Source: Macrostomum lignano
Lineage: Eukaryota
Reading direction: 5' to 3'
Assembly: GCA_002269645.1 (NCBI GenBank)
Contig: NIVC01001385.1
Location: 124,001 to 188,000, forward strand
DNA: 64,000 bases
Positions within the stretch are counted from its first letter, which is position 1. Each line of letters begins with the position of its first letter. A program made the translations under genes and the position numbers. Below are positions 22,809 to 34,875 of the stretch, one piece after another. Under the pieces are notes generated by a model, which searched no databases, had not been told where the DNA came from, and saw only the letters and a program-made list of their open reading frames with translations.

Positions 22809-24747
22809 CTAGTGTGAATTGAACCTTGGATCCAAGGGGACAAACATGGGAAAAGCATACAGATTCTGCTTGTAAGGCAAAACACAAGCTTTTCTGAAAA
22901 CTTTAGTGAGGGGCAAATGCAACAAGTCAGGTGAGAGTGAAGATATGCTGAATATGTTCAGCTTCTTTGAATCAACAGGATAGTTGTATACACTAGAATA
23001 GCCTTCATAACGCTGGCAAACAACTTCACATGACCCCTCAGAAGAAATAAAATGGCAAACACGGTAGCAATAGTTGTTCCGATCATAGAAATGGCAGTCA
23101 TTGTCAGAATTAGAAAGTCTGACATTGTTAACAAAGCAACAATAAAATGCCTTCTGACCAATGGGTAGATTGATATTAGAACATGGAAACTTAAAAGCAA
23201 CATTAACATCAGCATGATTGGATGACTTTTTCTTACTAAATGTAATAGATTCATATATACGATTTGCAAATTGAACAAGAGGACGGCAACTGCCTCGTAC
23301 CCAACTTTTTATCTGCTGCATATAATTCTCAAAACGAAATGCACTGAAATTATCCAGACAACCTAAACGTAGACATTCATGTGCCAAATGTGACAAGGAA
23401 TGAATGCTATAAACAAGCATTTGGGAGCCATATACCTTTTTACAGCTACGAATAAAGTGAAACAGAAGCTGGTTGGCATATTGAATAAGATCAGAACTAG
23501 AAAGTGGGTCACACAAAATAAAGATAGCAGAATGAAGGAGTAGAAAATTATGCGAAATTTTCTTGCTTAAGCCACGAGCATGAATTAAAGCAACTACTCC
23601 ACTATACAACAGAAATGAACGATATTCAGTAGCCTTCCCAAAATTCAAACAACTGAGAGAGCGTGGCTTCCTTGAAAACTCATTAGCAAAAAAATCCGCG
23701 AAGACTAATCAAGATGTTTGATACAGAGCTTGATAGCTGGGAACCAAATCGGGTATGCAAAGGTCCCCGGATCCAAAACAACAAAAGGCGCCGCATAACA
23801 CCAAGCAGAACCAAGTGCATATAATCATATGGAAATGAATATACCATGTCAATTGGTAGTGCCTCAAATGGACTGTCTCCACCAACATGATGATCAGGGT
23901 CACTTCTTCCACGAAATGATTCATCAGTTCTTGGTTGACAATTTAGCTCATCAAAGATCACTTGTTGTTGATACTCGCCTTGAATTGTACATTTATCGCA
24001 AGCTGAATATCCATTGTGTCCCTTGATACACTTCACAAATGCTCGAGCTGGACGGTCAGCAATTATCTTCTGAACAACAACATAATCACTTAGGTCTTGA
24101 AGCTCAGCCACAAGGTCATGGAGAAATGGTCCAACATCAGGCTTGTCGGCTCCAAAGTACAAAGCAATTACAAATGGCTTCATTCCAGGAAAAGTTCCTA
24201 GAATTGTCTTAAACCCTTCTTTCTTACTTTTAAACAATGGCAAACCATCAATATGGATAGTAAGCTTCAACTTCACATTTGAATCCATCTCTTCAACTTT
24301 AGGCAAATGACTATGAATGCCAAAGTAAGCATATTCTCCAGAACCAAGTTGGACTGTCTCAATTTGCCTTGGAGTCTGCAACAATGTTCGAGCCGATAGA
24401 GGTAGCCAAGGCATTGAAAAATGTAGCAAATGAAGAAGACTATCTATAGCAGTAGATGACACATTAAACTTCAAAGCCCATTCTGCAAGTTGTTCTTCAG
24501 AAAGCTTAGTATCAGTCTCAGAATGAGATTCATTATCAGATTCAGGTACAAATTCTTCTGCATCTTCCAAAAGATCATAAAATAGCTGCTGGTCATTATC
24601 AGCATCAGGATTATTTGCTTCAAAGGCCACTTCTTCCACAGACTCATCAGATTCAGACTCACTAGTAGACACATGCATATCTTCCAACAATGCATCAAAT
24701 CTTTTTGCAACTCGACGAGCAGCTTGTTTGGAACTAGCAGGATTCAT
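22809..24747 (-). pseudogene. EnSpm-B transposase, a single frameshift in a homopolymer
   Basis: ORFs 24747-23683 and 23648-22809 are joined if one base is removed from A7 at 23688-23694 (..LRGFFANEFSRKPRSL..). Motifs IHIDGLPLFKS, IADRPARAF..KGHNGYSACDKC, DYMHLVLLGV, KATEYR, HSLSHL and FSAFRFENY. Confidence 0.9.
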
Positions 24748-27360
24748 GTTTGCAGTTCTGGAAAAATGGATAAGCCAATTAATATTCTTTTTATAGAAAA
24801 TATGAATATAAAAATGTAGTAGTATTACACTTAATTTTTCTTATTATATATATTGTCTTTTTAGTTCCATAAACTAAATACAAGTATGAAAAACTATACA
24901 ACTTTATATATTATTATATTATTAATAAGTATTACAAATTTATAAAAACATATAAAGAAATTTCATTTTCAATATTTAATAGGGCCTAAGCTTAGTCAAA
25001 AAATAAAAATATACCTTATATATAAATTGATTAGATACCCAATTGCAAATTAAAGCCAAGTTAGAAAACTGTTTAAATTGAATTACTATTCTTATTTTTT
25101 ATAGTATATAAATATTATAACTGATAATAATGTAACAAAGAGGAAAAACAAATTGTAGACAAATTGTACAAATATAGATGCCTATGGCATGTGGCATACT
25201 TTGGAGAAAAACTTGGTGGCATGGTACATGGGCTCTTTATGACTAAATAGATAATAAGGCTTTTCAATGCATAAGTAGAGTCATATTTATTCCTACTTTT
25301 TACCTAGACAAATGCAAAGAAAACAAAGTCAAAAATGTATATAGTGTCTGGTGTGGCATGGCATTTGTCCTAAAAAATGGTGGTAGGCATCCATAGGCCT
25401 TTTGAGTTTATTCCAATATGGTTCATCCTATTAGTATGCATATTAATATAGTATTAATATAATAGCATAAATTTGATTTTTTAAGACAAAAATTTATTTA
25501 AGCTTTTACCATAGATTTCATGAGTTGATACTTAGCCTTTGGACTGAATGTATAAAATTTTGCTATCCTTGGCATATTTTAAGTGGAAAAGATGGGCCTA
25601 GCTACATATTTGATTAGCTAGGCTTATCAATAGGCCTAGCAATCCTTGACATACTTGAAGTGGAAAGGTAGCCACCACATAATACTAATACTAGGCCTAA
25701 TAGCTAGGCCTATCATACATCAGTAGGGTTAGCCTAGCCCTAGGCCTAGTCTAATTTTGTATAGCTATTAGGAGATTTATTAAAAGTGAAAACTGGAACA
25801 AAACAAAATGTGATTTTGTTTATTTTAAAGTACAAATAGTCAATAAGTATGGAATATTCATTGCCAAACAGTTTTTGACTCTGAGTGCGATAGAGTAGGC
25901 CTAATTATATTGCTGACTGCAGACTAGGCCTACCACTACTGTGGACTGTATGCATAGTGGCTTTTAATGCATTGATAGAAAAAGGAGTTCCATTAATTAA
26001 AGTTCATAGCAATTGGAATCTGCAGTGAAAAACTATAGGATATGGCAGATTGACTTGCACTTTCACACAAACGCTCTTTGACAATCATAGAAATTGGAGA
26101 CAGAAAGGAAGCAGCGAATCTCACAAAACAGAATAACTTGCGCGCGAATCACTTTTGAATTAGCAAAGAGAGTGAAATAATTAAAACAATGTACTTCTAT
26201 GATTTTCAAATATTTGCTTTTCAGGTCATTTGGACAGTCAAAAAATATATTAATGTATTACTCTGCTGTTTCTATGCAGACTAAGAATCAAATTTTCCAT
26301 AATACATGTGCACGTTACAAAACTAATCGCCAATTTAAAAAATGGCGATAATGAGGCGATGTCTGACATTTCGCAAAAATAATCCTTGTCGTAGATATAC
26401 GGGTTGATGCAAAACAAATTTTGTTGCAATCTTTGTTCCTACAGGAACTATTCGGTAGGAATTATATGACAGACAATTTTCGCCACTTTATATCGCTGCT
26501 ATATCGAGAAGATATTGCCGGGCGAGCTATCGCCACTTATCGAGTGGCGACATGAGTGCGATCATTTGGCGATATTCATGGTTACGTGGGATTGCTTGCT
26601 AGTAAGACTCGCAAAAGCCTTTTAACAAATAGGTAAGAATGTAAAAAGTAAAAGCACTTGAACGTAGCAGCCTTCAAGGAAAGAATGATGCAGAAAAAGT
26701 TAAGCTCTCAAAAATTATCTCCCTGCTTGAAAAGCGTACAGACTATCGTTTTGCTTCGAAGTGGGCTTCCTATTGGCTGAGATTACTGTAGCTCGTATGT
26801 TGAGGAGTATACGCTCGTACAGTTGGGGCCACGGAAAGAAGCAAGCAATCTATTAGATCACCCGCGGGAAATCTAACACATTCTAACATGGCTCATTAAT
26901 TTTTTCGTCCCCCAACACCCCTCCACTGTTCCCCACCTCATCCCCGCCCAATGATGTTTGCCAAGTAATTTGCGGCCGCTTTGACGCTTGCCATAGGAGG
27001 AGGATTCAAGAAAAATGTTGATGTTGAAGTTGAAATCAAGTATTTCAATTAAATACGGGCTGAATAAACTGAATTAAATTACTTAATTTGCATTAGCATT
27101 CAATCACAATTTTACAAGAAAGTCAATGGCGCGCGCTTCTCAATGCCATAGAGAATCGTGTCTCTGTATCAAACTTCTTTCGGAGCTATTCAAGGCGATT
27201 TTTTCGCCAATTATAGTGTATTAAGATAGGAAAAGTCCAAGAAATGTAACTGGCATTTCCCAAGCTGTATCTGTAGATTCAGATGTGATATTCTACAGAT
27301 CATTAGGGCGTGCCGGTCGGTGTCTTCCGCAGAAAGAATCATGTCTCTAGCTTAATCAGA

Positions 27361-27650
27361 TAGAGAGGGGTAGGTGAGGTGGTTGGTTTGATGGTTAAGG
27401 TGGAGAGGGGTACGTGAGGTAGTTGGTTTGATGGTTAAGGCGGAGAGGGGTACGTGAGGTGGTTGGTTTGATGGTTAAGGCGGAGAGGGGTACGTGAGGT
27501 GGTTGGTTTGATGGTTAAGGCGGAGAGGGGTACGTGAGGTGATTGGTTTGATGGTTAAGGCAGAGAGGGGTATGTGAGGTGGTTGGTTTGATGGTAAAGG
27601 CGGAGAGGGGTACGTGAGGTGATTGGTTTGATGGTTAAGGCGGAGAGGGG
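27361..27650. repeat. 40-bp G-rich minisatellite, about 7 copies; a 38-bp duplication follows at 27660-27737
   Basis: Unit GGAGAGGGGTACGTGAGGTGGTTGGTTTGATGGTTAAGGC with period 40. Confidence 0.95.
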
Positions 27651-27763
27651 TTGGTCTAAGCGCCAGGGTTAAGTTAAGTATTAAATTTCTACAAGAAGCG
27701 CCAGGGTTAAGTTGAGTATTAAATTTCTACAAGAAGACTACTTAAAATTGTCTGACTGCTCAC

Positions 27764-27879
27764 CAATCGGTGTCCAGAACAGAGAAGGAGTCCATGAAGG
27801 GAAAATTCTCTGTAACCTGTTGAAACTCGGCCTCAGATATGAGACCGTCCTTGTCGTGATCGTAGACTTTGAAAACGGC
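27764..27879 (-). CDS. RASGRP: RasGRP-like (RAS guanyl-releasing protein) EF-hand exon
   Basis: AG|AVFKVYDHDKDGLISEAEFQQVTENFPFMDSFSVLDTD|GTGAG. This resembles, from memory, the vertebrate RASGRP3 segment SVFRNYDHDHDGYISQEDF..NFPFLDSFCVLD. Confidence 0.8.
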
Positions 27880-27930
27880 CTAAATTATTAGCGAATAGTT
27901 GCAATAAAGTTTCCGATTGCATGGAAAAAT

Positions 27931-28195
27931 TGTGGTGCCGGAGCGCTGAGCTCTAGGCACTGGCTAACTAACTAGCTTATGCTATGTACGTGCATCGTAC
28001 GTGCACACCATTCTTTCCTCTCCCTTCGCTCTGACTGGCCATCCCCTAAGCCGCCATGTACTTGTACGTAGTTATTTATCATCACGTGACTTTATTTCGG
28101 TGTTCTCTCGGTCCTTGCTCGTGTCATTATTTAATAAGCTACTTGCTAGTTAAAATAAACCTTGAGTTTCTTTATGCCAAGTTCACGGCACGACA
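27931..28195 (+). repeat. 5' LTR
   Basis: TGTGGTGCC...GCACGACA, matching 32004-32268. Confidence 0.97.
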
Positions 28196-31100
28196 ATGGC
28201 GTCGCAAGCAAGTGACCTGCCACTAAACGATCCAGCCATGACTGAGGCATGGCTCAGGAGTTTCGCCGCACTCAGTCGAAGCAAGAAGCTGACGGACTCC
28301 AATGAAGATCGCCAGATTACTGACCTCTTCCTGTCCAAGGCGGGAGTCGAGGCAGTCCGCAGAGTGTCTGTCATGGCGCAGCCCAAGGAACTGGAGAACA
28401 TGAACTTCGCAGACATTCGCAAACTGATCATGGAGAAGGTAGCACCCAAGAAGAGGCTGGTCATTGCGGAGAGGTCCAAATTCATGGCACTTCGACAAGA
28501 GACCGGCGAATCGACTCAACAATTCGCACAGCGCCTCAGGGATGCCTCCAGGTTCTGCGAATTCAGCAAGCTGAACGCTGAGGGCTGCCATCAGACTGCC
28601 GAGGATGAGCTCATTCAGACGATGCTGATCAGCGGACTGCAGAACATGCAGCATCGAGCCAAGACTCTCGAGTTCATCCAGAGCGCTGCCGCAGCTGTGA
28701 AGTTGGATACCTGCGTTGAATACGTTCAACAGCTGGAACTCATTCAGCAGTACAGCTGCTCCGATCAGGTTAAGCAGTCATCGACCAGCTCCAGCACCCC
28801 GGCTGAGCAGCCAGCCCCAGCAGCCATCGCCAGCGTAGACAAGAACCGAAGTGCCGGAAAGCAGTGCAAGTTCTGTGGCCAAAAGCACCCAAGTGGTCGA
28901 TGTCCAGCCTCGGGCAAGACGTGCGCGAAGTGCGGACGCCGCAACCGCTTCGCAGCCGTGTGCAAAAGCAGCTCCCAGAACAAGTCGGCACACGAGATCG
29001 AGACAGAGGAACCGGAAGGCAACCTAGCTCGCAACCCAGTCTTCACCGTCAGCAGCACGAATAAGAGCAAGACGAGCAGCATCAAGAATGTGAAGCTGGA
29101 CGGTAAGCTGCTGGCGATGCAGCTCGATTCTGGATCAGACGCCAGCATCATCCCAAGAACTTTTGGAAAGCCTTGGGTGAACCTCGGCTCAAGCGGTGTC
29201 CCAGGCAGCTTCGCCAGTTCGATGGGTCTGTCATCAAGACCCTCGGTTGCTTCTTAGCGGTAGTAGAGCTCAGCGACAGAGTTGCCTGCATCGAGGTTAC
29301 TGTGGCCGCGTGCGAGAAGAACCATGGACTGCTGGGCACCGATGCTTTGGACTTCAAGCTCGACGGAGTTGCCATCAACCACGCAGAGGTGACACCCCCG
29401 CTAGGCAAGCTGCGGGGCTTCAGGGCTCGGATTGTCTTGAAAGATAATGCGCAGCCAAGCTATTTCGAGGCCCGTCAGGTACCAATCCACATGAAGCCGC
29501 TGGTCATCGAGAAGCTGCGGAAGATGGTGCAGAGCGGGATTCTGGAGCCGGTACCACCCGGAGGCAGCCGGTGGGCCTCACCAATTGTGGTCGTGCGCAA
29601 ACCGAACAATGATCTGCGAGTCTGCTCGGACTACAAGATAGGAGTCAACCCCAAGATCTGCGCCGACTCCTACCCGCTGCCCAACATTGAGTCCGCCTTC
29701 TGCGCCCTGGCCGGGATGACCCACTTCGCCACCGTCGACTTGACAAATGCCTACAACCAGATCGAGCTGGATGAGAACGCAAGGGAAGTGCTCACAATCA
29801 ATACGCCGATCGGCCTGCTGCGGTGGACGAGAATGCCCTACGGTGTCAAGACAGCCAGTGCCCAATTTCAGGCAGCCATGGAGGCCACTATTGGCGACGC
29901 GGTGTCGAACATGGTGATCTATCAAGACGACATTTGCGTGGGCGCTCCGACAGAAGGTGAGCTGGATGCCAAAGTGAAGCACTTGCTCAGCACCCTCAAA
30001 GAGGCTGGCATGGAGATTAACCATGAGAAGTGCGTCTTTCGAAGCACCGAGATCTGCTTCCTGGGGTATCGCATCTCAGCGGATGGAGTTCGGCCAGACA
30101 AGAAGCTGGTGGAGAAGATCCAGAAGGTCAAGCCGCCCACGACGAGGAAGGAGCTGGAGTCGTTTCTGGGGCTCACCAACTATTATGCGCGCTACATCCA
30201 GGCCTACTCGGAGAAGATTGAGCCCTTGACTGCTTTGAGGAGTCAGAAGTCCAGCTTTGTGTGGGGCCTGGAGCAGCAAAAGGCTTTCGAAGACCTCAAG
30301 CGAGCCTTGGCGGTGTACCCGGTTATCCGCATATTCGATCCCAGGAAGCTGACCACCCTGACGACAGATGCCAGCGAATCCGCAGTATCAGGAATCCTCA
30401 GCCAAGACGGCCACCCGGTGCTGTACCTGTCAAGGCGCCTCTCACCCGCCGAGCGCAACAATTCCAACATCGAGCGGGAGGCTCTGACGGTCGTCTGGGC
30501 AACTCAGCGAGCAAAGCACTTTCTATTGGGCAAGAAATTCCTGCTTCAGTGCGACCACCAGCCACTGGAATTCATCTTCGGACCCAGTCGGGAGCTTCCC
30601 AAGGTGACTTCGGCGCGGATCATGCGGTGGGCCATTCAGCTTGCCGCGTTCGACTTCGACATCGCCTACGTCAAGGGCAACAGCATCCCTCACGTGGATG
30701 CCATGTCCCGGATGCCATTCGAGAGCAACGATGACGGCGATTCTAGTGGCGATGGTGGCTTCATCCACTGGACCGAGACTGACCTGTTGAGGCTTGAGGA
30801 AATCCGCCAGGGAACAGACATCGACCCAGTGCTCAAGAGCATCAAGCGCCGGATCCAGAAGAATGTCTGAGCCAACTGCTCGGCTGCAGAGCGTCCGTTC
30901 AAGGCTGTCCGTCATCAGTTGACGATCGAAGACGGCGTCGTTTGCTGCGGAGACCTGCTGGTCCCGCCTGCCGCGGTCCGTAGTAAAATGCTGCAAGCGG
31001 CTCACGGAGTGACCCACAGCGGAGCGCTGGCGACGCGAAATCGACTCAAACGCGAAGCATGGTGGCCGGAGCACTGCGATGATGTTGAGCGGTTTGTGAA

Positions 31101-31995
31101 GCAGTGCGCGACATGTACGAGGATCCGACCACTGCCCAATCGCACGGTGCACACGTGGCCTACCGAGGAGACGCCTTGGAAGCGGGTGCACATGGACCAT
31201 GCTCACGTGTCGGGAGTCGGCCTGATTCTGGTGCTGGTTGATGCTTTCTCTGGCTGGCCGGAAGCCGTGCACGTGGCAGACAAGAGCGCGAGGACGGTGA
31301 TTCGAGTTCTACGGGCCATCTTCGCGAGGCAAGGCGTGCCGCACACTCTGGTGTCCGACAACGCACCAGAGTTCCACGATCAGGAGCTTCAAGGCTGGCT
31401 GGAGCGGATCGGCTGCAATCAGCTCTTCACGCCGCCGTACCACCCGCAGTCCAATGGCTGCGCCGAGCGGATGGTGCAGACTGTCAAGCGAGGACTCGAG
31501 GCGTTTGCAGCTCATCAAGGACCATTTGACGCATACCTGGCCAAGCTCCTGCTGAACTACCGAGCGACTCCACGTAGTGACGGCCGAGGCAGCCCCTCAG
31601 CGCTGATGGGTCGGCAGCTGAGAAGCCCGTTGACGCTGACCTTCGAGACGGACGCCCCGGTCGTTTACCAAGCTCGTCAAAGCGCACAGCCCGAGCTTGC
31701 TGAGTTCGTCGTGCAGGCCGGGCACAACACGGCGATCGTCACCCGGACCGAGTCGGACCGGCCCGTCCTGGCGCACAGGGACCAGCTTCGCCCACTGCTG
31801 GCCGCGGCCGGGTCGGAGGCCGAAGGAGGCCGTCCGGAGCTCAACGTATCGGAGGCGCCGACCAACGATTCGGGAGAGTCAGCGACTGTTGAGCATCCTC
31901 AAGCCGGTGAGCTCGATACGGCTGATACGGGGCTCAGGAGGAGCCAGCGCGGCAACAAGGGCGTTCCTCCTGACCGCTTGACAGCTCGTTGGTGA
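28196..31995 (+). pseudogene. gag-pol polyprotein, one frameshift (about 29161-29164) and one in-frame TGA (30868-30870)
   Basis: Gag knuckles CKFCGQKH..CPASGKTCAKC, protease LDSGS, RT YQDD, RNase H TDASE..EREAL, and integrase HGVTH..CATC, DNAPEF, AERMVQ. Confidence 0.93.
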
Positions 31996-32003
31996 TGACG
32001 GGA

Positions 32004-32268
32004 TGTGGTGCCGGAGCGCTGAGCTCTAGGCACTGGCTAACCAACTAGCTTATGCTATGTACGTGCATCGTACGTGCACACCATTCTTTCCTCTCCCTTC
32101 GCTCTGACTGGCCATCCCCTAAGCCGCCATGTACTTGTACGTAGTTATTTATCATCACGTGACTTTATTTCGGTGTTCTCTCGGCCCTTGCTCGTGTCAT
32201 TATTTAATAAGCTACTTGCTAGTTAAAATAAACCTTGAGTTTCTTTATGCCAAGTTCACGGCACGACA
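32004..32268 (+). repeat. 3' LTR
   Basis: 263 of 265 positions identical to the 5' LTR. Confidence 0.97.
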
Positions 32269-32302
32269 AAAATATACAAGCGTAAAATAATAAAATGACT
32301 AC

Positions 32303-32410
32303 CTCCACCATGCCGCAAGTGTGCCGTTTTGAAGTCTCAGCGTCCTCCAACTGTGGCCCGGATATCCACTGGGCAAATTTCACAGTCTTGGGCAGCGGAG
32401 CTGCTGGTGA
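32303..32410 (-). CDS. RASGRP: RasGRP-like exon preceding the EF-hand exon
   Basis: TTGCAG|SPAAPLPKTVKFAQWISGPQLEDAETSKRHTCGMVE|GTAGT, 108 nt, phase 0. It splices in frame to 27879 (MVE|AVFKVY), like RASGRP ..KHIRKLVE|SVFRNY. Confidence 0.65.
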
Positions 32411-32699
32411 CTGCAATTTGGTTTGTTTTTGTGGGGCGATAGACCGTCTCTGTCGATGTTTCACAGGTATTTTTGCACATTATTGTAAAAGAAAACTATA
32501 AGAGAAAATTGCAATAATCGTCCCAAGAAAAATCTTATCATTCAGATGAGACCAAAGGCTAGATAAATTGGAAACCAGAACTTTCTTTGATCTAATAATA
32601 GATTGCTGGAATCTGCGAAATGGCTTGTTTTTTCACCGATTAAGGGTGATTAGGTAGGAGGTGGTTAGATTTATTACGAGCTAAAGGGTTGAAGGATTT

Positions 32700-33010
32700 T
32701 AAACTCTGAAGGTAGATAAGTAGGGGTGGCTGGCTTTATCGACCGCTTTTATCGACTGAGGAGGGGTGGTTGGTTCTATCGACTGGGGAGGGGTGGTTAG
32801 CTTTATTGAATAGGGTGGTTGGCTCTATCGACTGGGGAGGGTTATTGGCTCTATCGACTGGGGAGGGGTGGTTAGCTTTATTGAATGGGGAGGGGTGGTT
32901 GGCTTTATCGACTGGGGAGGGTTATTGGCTCTATCGACTGGGGAGGGGTGGTTGGCTTTATTGACTGTGGAGGGTGGTTGGCTTTATTGACTGGGGAGGG
33001 TGGCTGATCG
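32700..33010. repeat. Degenerate G-rich minisatellite
   Basis: Recurrent TGGCTCTATCGACTGGGGAGGG units. Confidence 0.85.
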
Positions 33011-33849
33011 ATTTACTGTACTTCTGTGCCGCATGACAACTTGAGAGTTACGAGCACAAGACGCTACTATTAGTACTGGTCACAGTATTGGTAATTCACA
33101 CTGAATTAGTGGTCTAAATTGTATAATGTATTTAAAAGCGAGGGCAGATCTTTTCTTTCTTACTATTATTAAATGCTTTACACTCCACTTCTCTGCCCGA
33201 GAGCCGAGCAGAGCAGTGTTAAAGAATCTACATGTACACTGTTTTACGAAGCATGCAGCATGTTGACGATCTGGCGGTACAGTGAAGATATGAATAAATC
33301 GATAGTCAGTCCAACTTTTTGACAGTGAAGTGAGGAACCCGGTGGACTTGCGCGCGCTCAAAATTCACATGCGAATTGTTCCTGATACTCCTGCCATGCG
33401 CAATGGTGAGAAACTCATTTATCGATCTGATAGTGCTTGATAATAGACGTTGAGTTAATATCGCTTCCACTACCGGTTTAAAGCGGTCTAATATCTGTCC
33501 CCGGTTGCAACATGCGAGTAACAGCAGCTTAGAAAAGTGGTTTCAAAATTATAGAATAGAGAAATGCATTGTATAAAACCACTAAGAAATAACAAAACGA
33601 AAACACTGGACCAATCTGATGAAAGCAAACCTATGGCAAGAAATTCACTCATACGTCATACACTACAGCAGCGTTGAAAATTGAGTACCCCAAACCATTG
33701 GTCAACTCAGCCATCCCAATTTTCAGTGAGAAACTAGCAATGCCAATCAGCGCCCTCCCTTTCACGGGCGGAACGTAGCTTTTACGTAGGGGAGCCAAAA
33801 ACAAAGAATGGAATACAATTTTTTGAATAAACTGCAAAGTAGCTTCTGA

Positions 33850-34380
33850 CCTCAGCCTTGACATTTCAGCAATTCCTTCATACATGTAAGTCATGACTTT
33901 TCAGCTATTCCCCGTGAGCCTTGACATCTCAGCAATTCCCTTATACATGTAAGCCATGACTTTTCAGCTATTCCCCGTGAGCCTTGACATCTCCAGCAAT
34001 TCCCTTATACATGTAAGCCATGACTTTTCAGCTATTCCCCGTGAGCCTTGACATCTCCAGCAATTCCCTTATACATGTAAGCCATGACTTTTCAGCTATT
34101 CCCCGTGAGCCTTGACATCTCAGCAATGCCCCAATAAGCCTTGAGATCTCAGAAATTCCCCCAGTAAGCCTTAAGATCTCAGAAATTTCCCCAGTAAGCT
34201 TCGAGATCTCAGAAATATCCCCGTAAGCAATGATATTTCAGCGATTTTCCCCTGTGAGACTTGAGATCTCAGAAATTCCCCCAGTAAGCCTTGAGATCTC
34301 AGAAATATCCCCGTAAGCAATGACATATTTCAGCTATTACCCCCCCCCTGGGTGAGCCTTGAAATCTCAGAAATTTCCCC
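33850..34380. repeat. 63-64-bp tandem repeat built from roughly 31-bp monomers, decaying into monomers
   Basis: GTGAGCC recurs at 33914, 33977, 34041 and 34105. The half-unit GTAAGCC..TCAG..TTCCCC continues to about 34380. Confidence 0.9.
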
Positions 34381-34875
34381 CGATGTCTTTTCTATCCCAA
34401 TTTTCAGTGAGAAATGATACAATGATACAATAGCAGTGTAAACCATGAGTTTTTGGTTTAAATAACTGATTGGACAGATTGAAAAATAAACAACCTACCA
34501 GAGTGCAGGCATGCACAATTACTATAACGATTTATATTTAAAAATGCAATACTTATAAAGTACATATGGGAATGTACATGTACATGCAGTCATGTATTTT
34601 TGAAGCTGCAGCAATCCGTAATCCAATATACTGAAATTAAATATTCTAAAATGGACAAGATTCAGCGAAGCATTTGAGAGTAAAAGACGATGGGGAATAC
34701 GGGAGGTCAAATTACATTTAAATGAGCAGAATCTTTTTACGTGTAAAAGTATTGAAATAGAATCAAGCCGAAAGATTCAGCGTTTTAAATATTTTTGCGA
34801 ACACAATAAATTTGGCTTTGAAACGTATTGCTTGTCAACGCCCGAGTGTTAAAAACTTTGCTGAAGTTAAAAAAA

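Larger units (their letters stand above)
19211..26590 (-). mobile_element. EnSpm/CACTA element B, complete termini, near-intact two-gene autonomous structure, 7380 bp
   Basis: TIR CCCACATAACCA / TGGTTACGTGGG (11 of 12 match), 2-bp TSD AT (19209-19210 and 26591-26592), and ATCGCC/GGCGAT subterminal repeats at both ends. Confidence 0.9.
27931..32268 (+). mobile_element. Full-length Ty3/Gypsy LTR retrotransposon (Mag-like), 4338 bp
   Basis: 265-bp TG..CA LTRs differing at 2 positions, 5-bp TSD AAAAT, PBS-like TGGCGTCG, and gag-pro-RT-RH-IN order. Confidence 0.97.

Noticed and set aside
27120-27330. Possible next RasGRP exon (second EF-hand/C1): DMILSAED..HFLDFSYL..ILYGIEK
   Set aside because: It lacks the C1 cysteines, contains stops, has wrong spacing, and the phase-2 join would create TGA.
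29155-30870. Programmed -1 frameshift at about 29160 and TGA readthrough at 30868 in the Gypsy
   Set aside because: The shift falls inside the protease after the DSG motif, and the stop lies where a Trp codon (TGG) is likely between RNase H and integrase. Mutation or sequencing error is simpler.
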